DNA of 31,382 bases from a virus (taxonomy: Duplodnaviria; Caudoviricetes): positions 1-31,382 of the IMG/VR virus record IMGVR_UViG_3300005512_000203; one strand, given 5' to 3'. Shown here one piece after another: positions 22,129 through 31,382 of this stretch (its first letter is position 1; every line of letters begins with the position of its first letter). A model generated the notes under the pieces. It was given only the letters and a program-made list of their open reading frames with translations. It had not been told where the DNA came from and did not search any database. A program made the translations under genes and the position numbers.

Positions 22129-25100
22129 ATGACCATTCTGATGCTGGTCCATTTGGAGTGGTGCCGTTCCACCCTCTACCATCTGGTTCAAAACCAGGAC
22201 CATTATTATATCCATCACGAACATTATATCCAGCGCCACCATTACCACCTAGAGTGAATTGTAGGCTAGTTGGAATTTGGACCATTGTCCATTCAATACG
22301 CGATCCCTTGCCACCAGCGCCACCAATAGCAGATCCATTTTGAACCGCGCCTGTCCCCATAGCAATTCCAATTCTTGTATCACCATTTTGACATCCAGAG
22401 TTAGCATTTGTATTTCCTCCTCCACCACTACCACCATCAAGTATGCCCGAAATAGTTGTTTTAGTAATATTTAAATTTGAAGGGGCAGATGGCATAGTCC
22501 ACGTAGCACTAGTTGTTGTAGACCAAGTGGGTTCGTCATATGTTGCTGTAAATTGACCCGCAACACCTTGACTACCAGACCCAAGAACTACATCTGGAAT
22601 ATTATCATTATTGGTGTCAATCATGCCGCCGCCGTAAGCAACAGATGTAGCAGATCCAGCAGTTCCTCCTGTTTGACCAGATTCTCCAGCACTATAACTC
22701 CATTCAAAATTTTCAGAATTATCTAAAGCTGCGGGAATTCCATTTGTCCAAGCACCAGTACCAATTCTATGCTGAATTATGCCGCCGCTGCCACCAGTGC
22801 CGCCATCAGTTCCCTTTATTCCACCTCTTCCACCAGTAACTCTGATGCTATAAGTAGATCCCTCAAATGCAAATGTAACGGATGTATCTCCACCATTGCT
22901 ACCAGCAGTATTTGAATCTGCTCCTCCACCTCCAGGAGCAATCAAATTTATACTAATTCGTTTTACCTCTGTACCGCTAGATGGTTGAGGACTTGTAATT
23001 AAAGTTCCAGTTCCTGTGATAGAGTCAGAAGAAATAGGAACCACATTTCCAGGATTATCTAAAGTAATTGGTTTTCCACCAACAACCGTATTAGAATCAA
23101 CAACATATACTTTTGGAGGATCGGTTTCTAATACCGTCTCAAAACTGCCAGATGATAATTTTACCGATGCAATTCCAGTGCTCTGTAATGCTCCTGGGTT
23201 ACCACCTGGGTCAAACACAAAAACACTATCAGATAATCCTTGTGCAAGAACAGTCCACGATCCATTGTATCCTGGTGGAACAGCGCCAACAATAGCAACA
23301 ACGTCATCTTGCTCAAATCCATGAGGAACCTGAGTATTTACGGTCACCAATCCACTATTTAGATCATACACCATCGATAAGATAGCAATAGAAGCAGATC
23401 CAGTTACAGGATAACAACCAGTTGAATCTGGTGGATCTGGTGGAATGCCATCACGCAATCCAACTGCCTGAATACCAATAGAGTCGAGAGCATTTGGGTT
23501 TGCCGCATATCTATCAGATGTCATTTCATTGCCACCGTCTACTGGAGTTTGTTTGAAGGTGACCTGAACATTAGCAGTTCTATATTGCTCAGGGATTGTA
23601 ACATATTGTTCTTTCCAAGAATCATATTGAAGGTCGTATGCTTCAAATCCAGAAGTACCATTTATGGCATTATATTGATTAGCAGATGGTAGTAGAAGTT
23701 GTTCTTGACCATCAGGCCAAACAATCCACAATCCATCATTTGCATTGTCGTTAGTAAAGGGATCAGTACCACTGCCTTGGTTTGCTCTTTCACCACCATT
23801 AACATCGTTACCAATGATAGAGAAGACATATAAAGTTTGATAACCAGCTAGGTTCATTGGGAACGCACATGTCCTCAAAGTTTGTAAAGAATTATACGGA
23901 CTAGTGCCAACTGTACTAAAAGCAAGATAGTTATCACCAGCCCAAGGAACTGCTGGTTTAGCAAATCCACCAATTTCATCTGCACCACTGCCATGTGGAA
24001 CTAAAGTAACACCCTGAGTAACTAGATTTTCCAAATCATTGACATCAATATTGATATCTGGTGGGGCATAAACATCGGGACCACCAATACCAGGGGTATT
24101 TCCATAGGTAGCAATTTGTGGATCATTCAATCTCTCTGCTGTCAATCCATGTGTATGAGTATATGGATCTCCAGATCCTGTTTCTGGCTCAAAAAATAAG
24201 AAGTTAGCAATTGAATTGGTATACAATCTAGCATATTCATCAACAGGAATTGGACTGAATTCAACCGTCAAACCTTCATCTGCTTGACATGCCAGAATAT
24301 TGTGTTGGTGTTCTAATGGTTTAGTAAAAAAATAGTCATCTACCAAAGGACCAAATTTAAATCCAGCTTCTCCAGTAAGGTAATTCAGAATATCTGCTGT
24401 AATGTTAGAATATCCTCTGGTCTTAACATCACCAACGGTAAGAAAAGTTTCCCCTTCTAAAATATCTTCTTTAGAAATATACCACCTACCACCAGTTTGA
24501 CCAACTCTATTGACCAGAGCATCTTCTACTGTGGAACTACCTTGACCATTTACAGGTCCAAAACCTACAACTAACTTGTCTCTATAATCTGGTAGATTAA
24601 ATGTGCCAATATAAAATGGAAAATCATTCAAACTAAATCCTTTACTGAAAAAAGCATTTGGATGCACACCAGTAGAAAAATTTAAAGTTTGTTTAGTGAT
24701 AGTTGCTGGGTCAACAGAATCGGGAAAATCTACTTCATAAATGAATGAAGTCGCTGTTTGCTGTGATGAAACATCTTCCGTTGGTGCAATCAATCCATAT
24801 AATGTATTATATTGCCAATCTGTATTCAGATCACCCAACCCATTTCCAGCATCACTAAATCTTACTTGTGTTCCATAAGCATATGGTAATTTAATAGATC
24901 CACTTATAGAAGTATTTTGATTGATTCTAAAAAATGCTTTATTGTTAATCCAAAATAATCTTTCAATGCCACCAGCAGAAGAAGATTGAGTTATTAGTAC
25001 CTGATTAGATCCTCCATATGTATTTCCAATTGCTTGATACAATAAAGGATAATCTCTGATGTTTAGTTCTCTTCCATCACAATAAAGATAATGTTCATAC

Positions 25101-25225
25101 CCATATTCTGGTATTTCACCATTTTCACCAAAATTATCAACTAAAAATGGCATGATAGATCCAACAGGATTATATCTCCCGTGTTTATCATTCAAATAGT
25201 TTCCAAATCTATCTCTATATGCCAT
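21464..25225 (-). CDS. Tail-collar, Gly-rich tail fibre protein, N-terminal part (1543 aa if one repeat copy is removed)
   Basis: PVGSIMPF..YLYCDG..L.IRDYPLLYQAIGNTYGG collar domain; FNLPDYR; HxH motifs; poly-Gly blocks. Confidence 0.88.
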   Translation of the reverse strand: MAYRDRFGNYLNDKHGRYNPVGSIMPFLVDNFGENGEIPEYGYEHYLYCDGRELNIRDYPLLYQAIGNTYGGSNQVLITQSSSAGGIERLFWINNKAFFRINQNTSISGSIKLPYAYGTQVRFSDAGNGLGDLNTDWQYNTLYGLIAPTEDVSSQQTATSFIYEVDFPDSVDPATITKQTLNFSTGVHPNAFFSKGFSLNDFPFYIGTFNLPDYRDKLVVGFGPVNGQGSSTVEDALVNRVGQTGGRWYISKEDILEGETFLTVGDVKTRGYSNITADILNYLTGEAGFKFGPLVDDYFFTKPLEHQHNILACQADEGLTVEFSPIPVDEYARLYTNSIANFLFFEPETGSGDPYTHTHGLTAERLNDPQIATYGNTPGIGGPDVYAPPDINIDVNDLENLVTQGVTLVPHGSGADEIGGFAKPAVPWAGDNYLAFSTVGTSPYNSLQTLRTCAFPMNLAGYQTLYVFSIIGNDVNGGERANQGSGTDPFTNDNANDGLWIVWPDGQEQLLLPSANQYNAINGTSGFEAYDLQYDSWKEQYVTIPEQYRTANVQVTFKQTPVDGGNEMTSDRYAANPNALDSIGIQAVGLRDGIPPDPPDSTGCYPVTGSASIAILSMVYDLNSGLVTVNTQVPHGFEQDDVVAIVGAVPPGYNGSWTVLAQGLSDSVFVFDPGGNPGALQSTGIASVKLSSGSFETVLETDPPKVYVVDSNTVVGGKPITLDNPGNVVPISSDSITGTGTLITSPQPSSGTEVKRISINLIAPGGGGADSNTAGSNGGDTSVTFAFEGSTYSIRVTGGRGGIKGTDGGTGGSGGIIQHRIGTGAWTNGIPAALDNSENFEWSYSAGESGQTGGTAGSATSVAYGGGMIDTNNDNIPDVVLGSGSQGVAGQFTATYDEPTWSTTTSATWTMPSAPSNLNITKTTISGILDGGSGGGGNTNANSGCQNGDTRIGIAMGTGAVQNGSAIGGAGGKGSRIEWTMVQIPTSLQFTLGGNGGAGYNVRDGYNNGPGFEPDGRGWNGTTPNGPASEWSSPGGTTSSVSGAGGRSGGGAYGNGAVGGGGGAASGMYYNGATLIVGAGGGGGGGGSGGGYNGGGTYDGCWPGYPGESAVTNLFTTTDAIDFVNGAAGTTGGCSAGGGGGGGGGCGPTSGGGGGIGGQGGGAGAGHNGNGGGSGGLRGGSAARSDYVESTFDIAPGSAYAEVNVEYEYTGYNETGGGGGQGASANLSILNTNIGISGSVQGEGQGGGPRWNN

Positions 25226-26544
25226 TAGTATTTAATGAGAAACTCTTGTACGATGTATGGTTGAATAAACTGATCAGCCTTATTACTTTCATTTACTCTA
25301 ATACTGATAGTAGATGTCAATCTACCTCCCACCTCAATATATGTAGGTCTGGTATTGACAACAAATGTCTGTGGAGTTGCCGCAAACTCAATAAAATGCC
25401 TATGGAGACCATCATTTCCAATTGGTTCTGCTTGCTGTGTAATGTTAGAAAGAGAAGCAGTTTGAACGTCACCAAAAATAATATCAGGTGAAGAATCAAA
25501 TGGCAAATTTTGATCTGTATAATTCGCTGGCAAAGATGTGTTCTTTCTCTGTGGATCAGCGACCAAACCGCCAGGCGCACACGCAAAAGCACTACCACAA
25601 TCTTCAATCATTGTTCCACTATATTCAATATTTCCACAAGTCGCTGTCTGAACACTACCACCGCTACCACCACACGCACCACTATCTCCACCCCATAAAG
25701 GAAATTGGCAATTATATCCTTCAGGAATTAAACATTGATAAGTATTTTGAAAAAGACATCCATTCCAACAAGCATTCCATCTATCCCTCCTACATCCAAA
25801 AGCATTTCCTTCTGTAGAAGACTGTACAATGGAATTATTAGAAATAGCAACCCTGGTAGAGTTATAATAACAAAGATCCTGTCTAGTATTATTTGCCCAA
25901 TCTACAACACATAAAGTGCTTTTTTGTGTGTAAGAATTTCTTTGAAATGCAGAAAATTCATCTCCCTGTGGAACAATTCTAGAACGCAGTCCATCATGAA
26001 AGTGGGCATGGGGAAGCATTGCTGTATGTAGAACTTCACTGGGTTCAGTATAATTTCCAGTAGATCTAATAAATCCTGGTTCTCCTGTTATAGGAATTTG
26101 TTGAGATGGAAGAAAAAATGAACCTTGGTAAGCAACTTCGTAAGTTGTTCCAATATTACTAACTACAGTTATTCCAACGCCAGATTTGCTAATGGTATTA
26201 TTATTATCATCTTCTAAAAAAGTGTCCAAATAATCTCCAACATTTCCACTGCTGGATGCCATAACTTTTTTAGAACCGTAATCAGGAAGTTGAAACTGAT
26301 TATCTAATAATACTTGATCTGGTTTTCTATATCTACTAGTATTTCCTGTTCCCAAAACTGCTGCCAACAAAGGAAATGATTCAGCAGAATATATTGATCC
26401 GTCACATCTTAGATATCCTTGAGGTAAAATATTGTTCAATCCAGGATCATCGGGATCATTTGATGCTAATTCCTTGGACCACATAATTATTGATCCTGTA
26501 TTAGTACCAACAGAAGATTTTTTAGATGAATAGAAAACTGCCAT
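25225..26544 (-). CDS. Tail-collar domain fibre/baseplate protein, 439 aa
   Basis: TGSIIMW..PQGYLRCDG...FPLLAAVLG, FQLPD, HAHFH and HRH motifs, Cys-rich insert. Confidence 0.88.
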   Translation of the reverse strand: MAVFYSSKKSSVGTNTGSIIMWSKELASNDPDDPGLNNILPQGYLRCDGSIYSAESFPLLAAVLGTGNTSRYRKPDQVLLDNQFQLPDYGSKKVMASSSGNVGDYLDTFLEDDNNNTISKSGVGITVVSNIGTTYEVAYQGSFFLPSQQIPITGEPGFIRSTGNYTEPSEVLHTAMLPHAHFHDGLRSRIVPQGDEFSAFQRNSYTQKSTLCVVDWANNTRQDLCYYNSTRVAISNNSIVQSSTEGNAFGCRRDRWNACWNGCLFQNTYQCLIPEGYNCQFPLWGGDSGACGGSGGSVQTATCGNIEYSGTMIEDCGSAFACAPGGLVADPQRKNTSLPANYTDQNLPFDSSPDIIFGDVQTASLSNITQQAEPIGNDGLHRHFIEFAATPQTFVVNTRPTYIEVGGRLTSTISIRVNESNKADQFIQPYIVQEFLIKY

Positions 26545-27845
26545 TAGTATGCTCTGATTACAACAATTGATACAAGAGATGGTGTATTGGGATTAATCTG
26601 TACACTTAGCGCCTGAGGTACACTAATTGGAGCAACAGTTCCTGTTGTCATATTATTTATCAGGACCGTGTTAGGAATTCGCATTTGTCCTCTGGTCATA
26701 CTAATTTCAATAGTAAAATGATTGTGTGAACCAATACCAGGAGAGTTCCAAGTATCCGAATTATGATTCAACGTTGTTGGATATGGTTTTAATTCGCTTT
26801 GTCCTCTGTTAGGAGATACACTCGGACTAGTATAATGATTTTTAAATCCACTATATCTGCCAGATTGAGGAAATGGTTGAGTGACAGCAGGTTGCTGAAC
26901 ATTGATAATACATGTATTTGGATCTTCATATTCTACAGTTCCAATACCATGTGCTGGAATTACTCTTCCCGATCCAGGAATAGCAGGAACATTTGGAAGA
27001 GCAGCAGAATAGTCTCTAAATCCATCTACTGTAGGTAAAGTTACTGCTCCTTGATCATACCAAGTTAATCTTGCTGTACCTGGGTTGAATCTATCAGCTT
27101 GTGATTCTTGGTTATCTACTGGTTCAGGAGAAACTGTAGTGTACTTAGATGAATTTTGAACCGAAAATGTTCCTGCTTCAAAAACACCAACATATCCACC
27201 AGATACAATTGGAGATGGATATCTATCCGCTCTATCTGCTGGTTGTGGATGTGCGTGTGCGGGCATATGGTCTACTCCCAATTTTCTAGGAATAGTTCTA
27301 ATAGTTGAAAAATATGATGGGTCATCTAATGTAATACCTTTCAAAGTTCCAGCTAATCTTGATTCTGGATCAATATCAAAATTTACATCAATAAAACAGG
27401 TCTCTGTTGGAGGAATATCAGCATCGTCACCATTTTTTGTAATATATTGACCAACAACTGAGAAATCTGTAGGATCCAATCTAGATCCTTCTAAATCCAT
27501 TAAAGAAACATTGTTTAAATTGGGCAAAGTAAAAGTATCAACATGAACTCCAACTCTATGATCAGGATCTTCTGGAGGTGGATTAAAATAAGGATATTGA
27601 TTTACAATTCCATAATTAGTACCAATAATTTGTAAATTATTAGCTGGTTCTGGTCCATATGTATTTTTTAATAATTGAGCTAAAAGTGGATATCTAGCAG
27701 CTTCTAATTCTTGACCAGAACAAGGAATCCACCCATCTGGAAGAGCACCATCAGCTAATTCAGATCGACTAGATGTACCAGTCCAAATCATCATAGTACC
27801 AATGGGCGACTGTTTAGTCGCCCTAATTCTGTTATACTCGGCCAT
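26544..27845 (-). CDS. Tail-collar domain fibre/baseplate protein, 433 aa
   Basis: PIGTMMIW..PDGWIPCSGQ...YPLLA..L.NTYG, FTLPNL, HAH and HNH motifs. Confidence 0.88.
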   Translation of the reverse strand: MAEYNRIRATKQSPIGTMMIWTGTSSRSELADGALPDGWIPCSGQELEAARYPLLAQLLKNTYGPEPANNLQIIGTNYGIVNQYPYFNPPPEDPDHRVGVHVDTFTLPNLNNVSLMDLEGSRLDPTDFSVVGQYITKNGDDADIPPTETCFIDVNFDIDPESRLAGTLKGITLDDPSYFSTIRTIPRKLGVDHMPAHAHPQPADRADRYPSPIVSGGYVGVFEAGTFSVQNSSKYTTVSPEPVDNQESQADRFNPGTARLTWYDQGAVTLPTVDGFRDYSAALPNVPAIPGSGRVIPAHGIGTVEYEDPNTCIINVQQPAVTQPFPQSGRYSGFKNHYTSPSVSPNRGQSELKPYPTTLNHNSDTWNSPGIGSHNHFTIEISMTRGQMRIPNTVLINNMTTGTVAPISVPQALSVQINPNTPSLVSIVVIRAY

Positions 27846-27848
27846 GTA

Positions 27849-30800
27849 TTAGATCTCCATTAACCACCAACCACGAACACTGCTTGGAATTCCACCCTGT
27901 CCATTACTATCAGATGCTCCTAGATAAATCAACCTAAACGCTGCGTTCGGTGTTTGAACAACTAGTTCTCCAGAAGGATATGGAGTAGTTCTACCACCAA
28001 TCAATGTTCCAGTTGTATCACCTTGAATTGCCTCTCCACTTGTAATAGAGGTTCTTAGAACAAGGGAAGTATCATATTTTAGATTTCCACCAACTTCAAC
28101 AATTGTAATTACATCACCAGTTGCTGCATTATCTGGGAGAGTAAGAATCAAATTATTTGATGTAGGAACATTGACACAATAAACGATATTTGCGATTAGA
28201 GTAAGATCATCTTCAGCAGATGCAGTAGAAATGTAACGAGTGTGTCTTGCGCCATTAGCAGTATAGAAATTATTTAGACCAAAAGCATTGATAGAACTAT
28301 CTTGCTTGACCGCAAATTCTTGAGTACCGTTTGGTCCAAGATTTTGGATATCTAACTTTTTAATAGTTGTAGAAGGAACCGCAGTTGCTTGACCAACAAC
28401 TGTTAAGGAATTACCTGCCTTAACATCACCAAAGTTATTTACAGAGAATGTTTCATCATACTCATCGGCATTAGTAAAGACATTTTCTGGATCAAGAGCA
28501 CCATACAGATAGAAATCACCTCTACCAATTAGACCCGCATCCCAAGTAATTAATCCTTGGTGATCTGCGTGACCATCATCGTTGAATAAACTGAGAATTT
28601 TGGTTTGTCTTACAGAATCATAGATATCGATGTTTCCACCAATCATCTCAAAGTTATCGTAGACTCTTAGATTACCAGATCTGTATGGAATTACACCAAT
28701 TTGCTCAAATTCATTGATTTGGAAGAATGAAGAATCATTATTTCTACCCAAATATCTTGTGTTAACATAGAACCACACAATAGGTCCATTCGAATCACTG
28801 ACAACAACAAAGTTTGAATAATCAAGTTTTGTTTGAACAATCCACCCTTTATCAATATAAAGAGAAAGATAACTTGGAGCGACAGTAGGATTAGTTGAAA
28901 CTCTATGTCTGAAATCCAAAAGATTTGCAGTATCGTTATGTTTTTTCAGTCTCCTGACAATTTTACCAGCACCGAATACATTTTGATTTGAAGGATTAAA
29001 TGTTTGATTGGTTGTTAAACCATCATCAGGAAGCTGAACTGTAATAGAATTGGGATTATCTACAACTTCATTAATTTTAGCAATAACATAATTTCCACCT
29101 GTTTCAAAAGTATTGTCACCAATGTATACAATATCTCCAGCTTTGAATTGTCCAGTGCCTTCTCCTATAGATTCAACATTAATCTGAACTTGACCTCCGT
29201 TGCTTGTAGCTCCAAGAACACTAATTGTCGTTGTAGGACCATTATCTGCAGCAATTTGAGGATCAAAGAAGAAAGAATTAACCCTTAAATTAGTTCTTCC
29301 TTGAATATAAGCAGCAACAGTATCATAAGAGGTATCTTGGTTTCCAGAATATGGAGCAAGAACACCAGTAGTCAATGTTCCATTATTAGTTCCCAATTGT
29401 GTTGGAATAACACCCAATCTGCTATATTGAGATCCAATATGAGTTGTTCCACTACAGGAATCAACTGTGAAAGTTGGAACTTCATCACCATTAGTAATAC
29501 TAAACGTTTCATTTCTCAAAGCTCTCATACTGAAATTACCAGTTCCAGCACCCAAAGCAAATTGATTGAGGCGAATTGTATTATTAGTAGCATCGACAAA
29601 TTCAATTCTGGTATCAGTATTGAATTGAATTAATTGACTTACACTATTATTGGTAGCAATAATGTCACCAATTTTAATATCACTGATTGTTTTTCCAGGG
29701 TCAGTTACAATGATATTACTAATTTCTTTAAAACCTGCTGATATATTACCAGTAAATGCGATGTTAGAAAGTGTTCCACAACCTCCTTTCATTTGAAGAT
29801 TGTTATTAATAATCGTATCACCCTTGATGATAGTATCACCAGTTACAGAATCTACAACAAATACATCACCTGCCTCATCACCACAATCTATACCATCATT
29901 AATTCTAAATTTCTGAACTTGCTGATCTACCAGAGTATCAACTTTGATATATTCCGCATTGCCAGTATCATCATTTCTACTAAGAATAACATAATCATTG
30001 TTAGTTAAAGATCCACCAAATTCGGAAAGATAGAAGCTATCTTGTGTTCCAGATCCATCAACACTTTGCTCTAACCAAGTAGAATCAAATTGAACTCTGA
30101 CTTTATAAATTGGTGTAGTATCAGAATGATTGGTTAGGACTGCACCAAAAGAACCAAATGGTTGACGTTTGACTCTTAAGTAATAAGGAGGAACATTTGC
30201 TCTCATCACCTCAGTGATTTGTACAAATTCTGGATGACCGCTACCACTGATAGGAGTGTTAATAATAATGTAATCACCAGTTGTTAGATATGGATCACCA
30301 TTTGCTTTATTTGGTGAGAATCTAATAGGAAGATAGTATTCATCGCCAGTTAAAGTAGGTAGATCTTGTGGTTCAACCTCAGGAGTGCCACCAATGTTAT
30401 TAACACTCGCCTGATTACCTGCTCCACCCCACTGACCAAAACCAGCAGTATCAACCTCATTATATCCATCTTCTCCAGATGACAATACAAGAACATTAAG
30501 AATGTCAACATTCTTGGTAAATGTACCGTCTGGATTTATACCATCTTGATGCGTAGAGATGTTTGATCCAAGTTGTGCCCTATCACCGATGAAAGTGAAT
30601 GAAGCAGCACCACCACAAAGTAAAATGTTACCATCAAACTTAGCAGAAGCAATGACATGAAGTGAGTTGTTGATTGTAGTTGTACCACCTTGACCAGCAA
30701 TGTTAACTTCAGAAGCATTAAGACCGAAATTAATTGTTGAAGGACCACCAGAGTTAGAGAAGAAGCTGATGAAAGACGCTTGTGATCTGAGTTCAGCGGA

Positions 30801-31382
30801 ACCACCAGGACGACGGAATCCGAGCCACATATCACCATCAACACGTAGATTCTGTGCTGAAATTTTTACATAAGATTGGTCTTGGTTAGTGTTACCAAAA
30901 GCACCACCAATTACAGTCTTGCTAATTCCAGTTCCAGAAACTGATACAGATCCATCAACAGCAACAGTACCACTATCAGGAGTGTTACCGATATAAATGT
31001 TGCTGTGTGGTGAAGCATTACCAACATAGAAGAACTGATCACCAACAACATTATTACCAACACTAACTGTATTAGTAGAAGCGTTGTTACCAATGTTGAT
31101 TGTCTGAGCATTAGTAGTTACATCAGCAAATCTTACTGTCTCAGCACCGTTAGCAATGTTTGCCGTATTTGCGCTGTTGGCAAAGTTAAGTGTTCCAGTA
31201 AAGGTGGTCTCATTAACAATACCGAATGTTCCTGTTGTAATCTCAGTTCTGATTTCACCAATAGTTCCATCACCATTAACTTCAATGTCACGCTCAAAAC
31301 GAGCATCTTCAGTAAAGCGAGAATCGCCACGAACAACTAATGCTCTATCAAGTTCAGCATCGGTTACGTTAATACCAACCTT
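27849..31382 (-). CDS. Very large virion structural/fibre protein, 5' end outside window (>1170 aa)
   Basis: The frame of ORF 27849..30830 stays open to the window edge (KVGINVTDAELDRALVV...); G/N/T/S-rich beta repeats; C-terminal LTLP..A..GD.I module. Confidence 0.85.
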   Translation of the reverse strand, partial: KVGINVTDAELDRALVVRGDSRFTEDARFERDIEVNGDGTIGEIRTEITTGTFGIVNETTFTGTLNFANSANTANIANGAETVRFADVTTNAQTINIGNNASTNTVSVGNNVVGDQFFYVGNASPHSNIYIGNTPDSGTVAVDGSVSVSGTGISKTVIGGAFGNTNQDQSYVKISAQNLRVDGDMWLGFRRPGGSAELRSQASFISFFSNSGGPSTINFGLNASEVNIAGQGGTTTINNSLHVIASAKFDGNILLCGGAASFTFIGDRAQLGSNISTHQDGINPDGTFTKNVDILNVLVLSSGEDGYNEVDTAGFGQWGGAGNQASVNNIGGTPEVEPQDLPTLTGDEYYLPIRFSPNKANGDPYLTTGDYIIINTPISGSGHPEFVQITEVMRANVPPYYLRVKRQPFGSFGAVLTNHSDTTPIYKVRVQFDSTWLEQSVDGSGTQDSFYLSEFGGSLTNNDYVILSRNDDTGNAEYIKVDTLVDQQVQKFRINDGIDCGDEAGDVFVVDSVTGDTIIKGDTIINNNLQMKGGCGTLSNIAFTGNISAGFKEISNIIVTDPGKTISDIKIGDIIATNNSVSQLIQFNTDTRIEFVDATNNTIRLNQFALGAGTGNFSMRALRNETFSITNGDEVPTFTVDSCSGTTHIGSQYSRLGVIPTQLGTNNGTLTTGVLAPYSGNQDTSYDTVAAYIQGRTNLRVNSFFFDPQIAADNGPTTTISVLGATSNGGQVQINVESIGEGTGQFKAGDIVYIGDNTFETGGNYVIAKINEVVDNPNSITVQLPDDGLTTNQTFNPSNQNVFGAGKIVRRLKKHNDTANLLDFRHRVSTNPTVAPSYLSLYIDKGWIVQTKLDYSNFVVVSDSNGPIVWFYVNTRYLGRNNDSSFFQINEFEQIGVIPYRSGNLRVYDNFEMIGGNIDIYDSVRQTKILSLFNDDGHADHQGLITWDAGLIGRGDFYLYGALDPENVFTNADEYDETFSVNNFGDVKAGNSLTVVGQATAVPSTTIKKLDIQNLGPNGTQEFAVKQDSSINAFGLNNFYTANGARHTRYISTASAEDDLTLIANIVYCVNVPTSNNLILTLPDNAATGDVITIVEVGGNLKYDTSLVLRTSITSGEAIQGDTTGTLIGGRTTPYPSGELVVQTPNAAFRLIYLGASDSNGQGGIPSSVRGWWLMEI

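Noticed and set aside
169-30008. Plus-strand ORFs in the track (e.g. 962..1441, 14146..14604, 15645..16292)
   Set aside because: All are antisense shadows of well-supported, translationally coupled minus-strand genes and show no recognisable motifs
27849-30830. A complete 993-aa gene starting at 30830
   Set aside because: The frame is open to the window edge, so this Met is internal
1-31382. tRNA, rRNA, integrase, transposase or intron
   Set aside because: No such signatures seen by eye; a tRNAscan/Infernal run would be needed to exclude them formally

Overview
A 31.4-kb segment of a T4-like cyanomyophage (Kyanoviridae-type) genome; every credible gene is on the minus strand. In transcription order (right to left) it holds: the C-terminal ~1,180 aa of a giant virion structural protein; three tail-collar fibre genes; two 2OG-Fe(II) oxygenases and a tail-fibre-assembly chaperone; then (about 17.1 kb down to 1) an early/accessory region of ~50 mostly tiny genes. 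That region also encodes an SF2 helicase, a PD-(D/E)xK nuclease / ParB-DGQHR-like protein / DNA amino-methyltransferase trio, a secreted HExxH peptidase, a RimK-type ATP-grasp ligase, and AbrB-like, KTSC-like and ArdA-like proteins. It is punctuated by 17 copies of one composite promoter: a 20-bp palindrome (KGMCAS-N8-STGKCM) 30-33 bp upstream of a -10 box, which divides it into gene cassettes. Two tandem near-duplications (about 1267-2648 vs 2648-4805, and 20837-21482 vs 21483-22128) place two different alleles side by side. Both break genes and have blunt junctions, so they may be assembly joins of related strains. The first shows cassette-wise gene swapping at the promoter elements. No tRNA, rRNA, CRISPR array, integrase or transposase was seen. 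Family calls come from motifs recognised by eye, not database searches.
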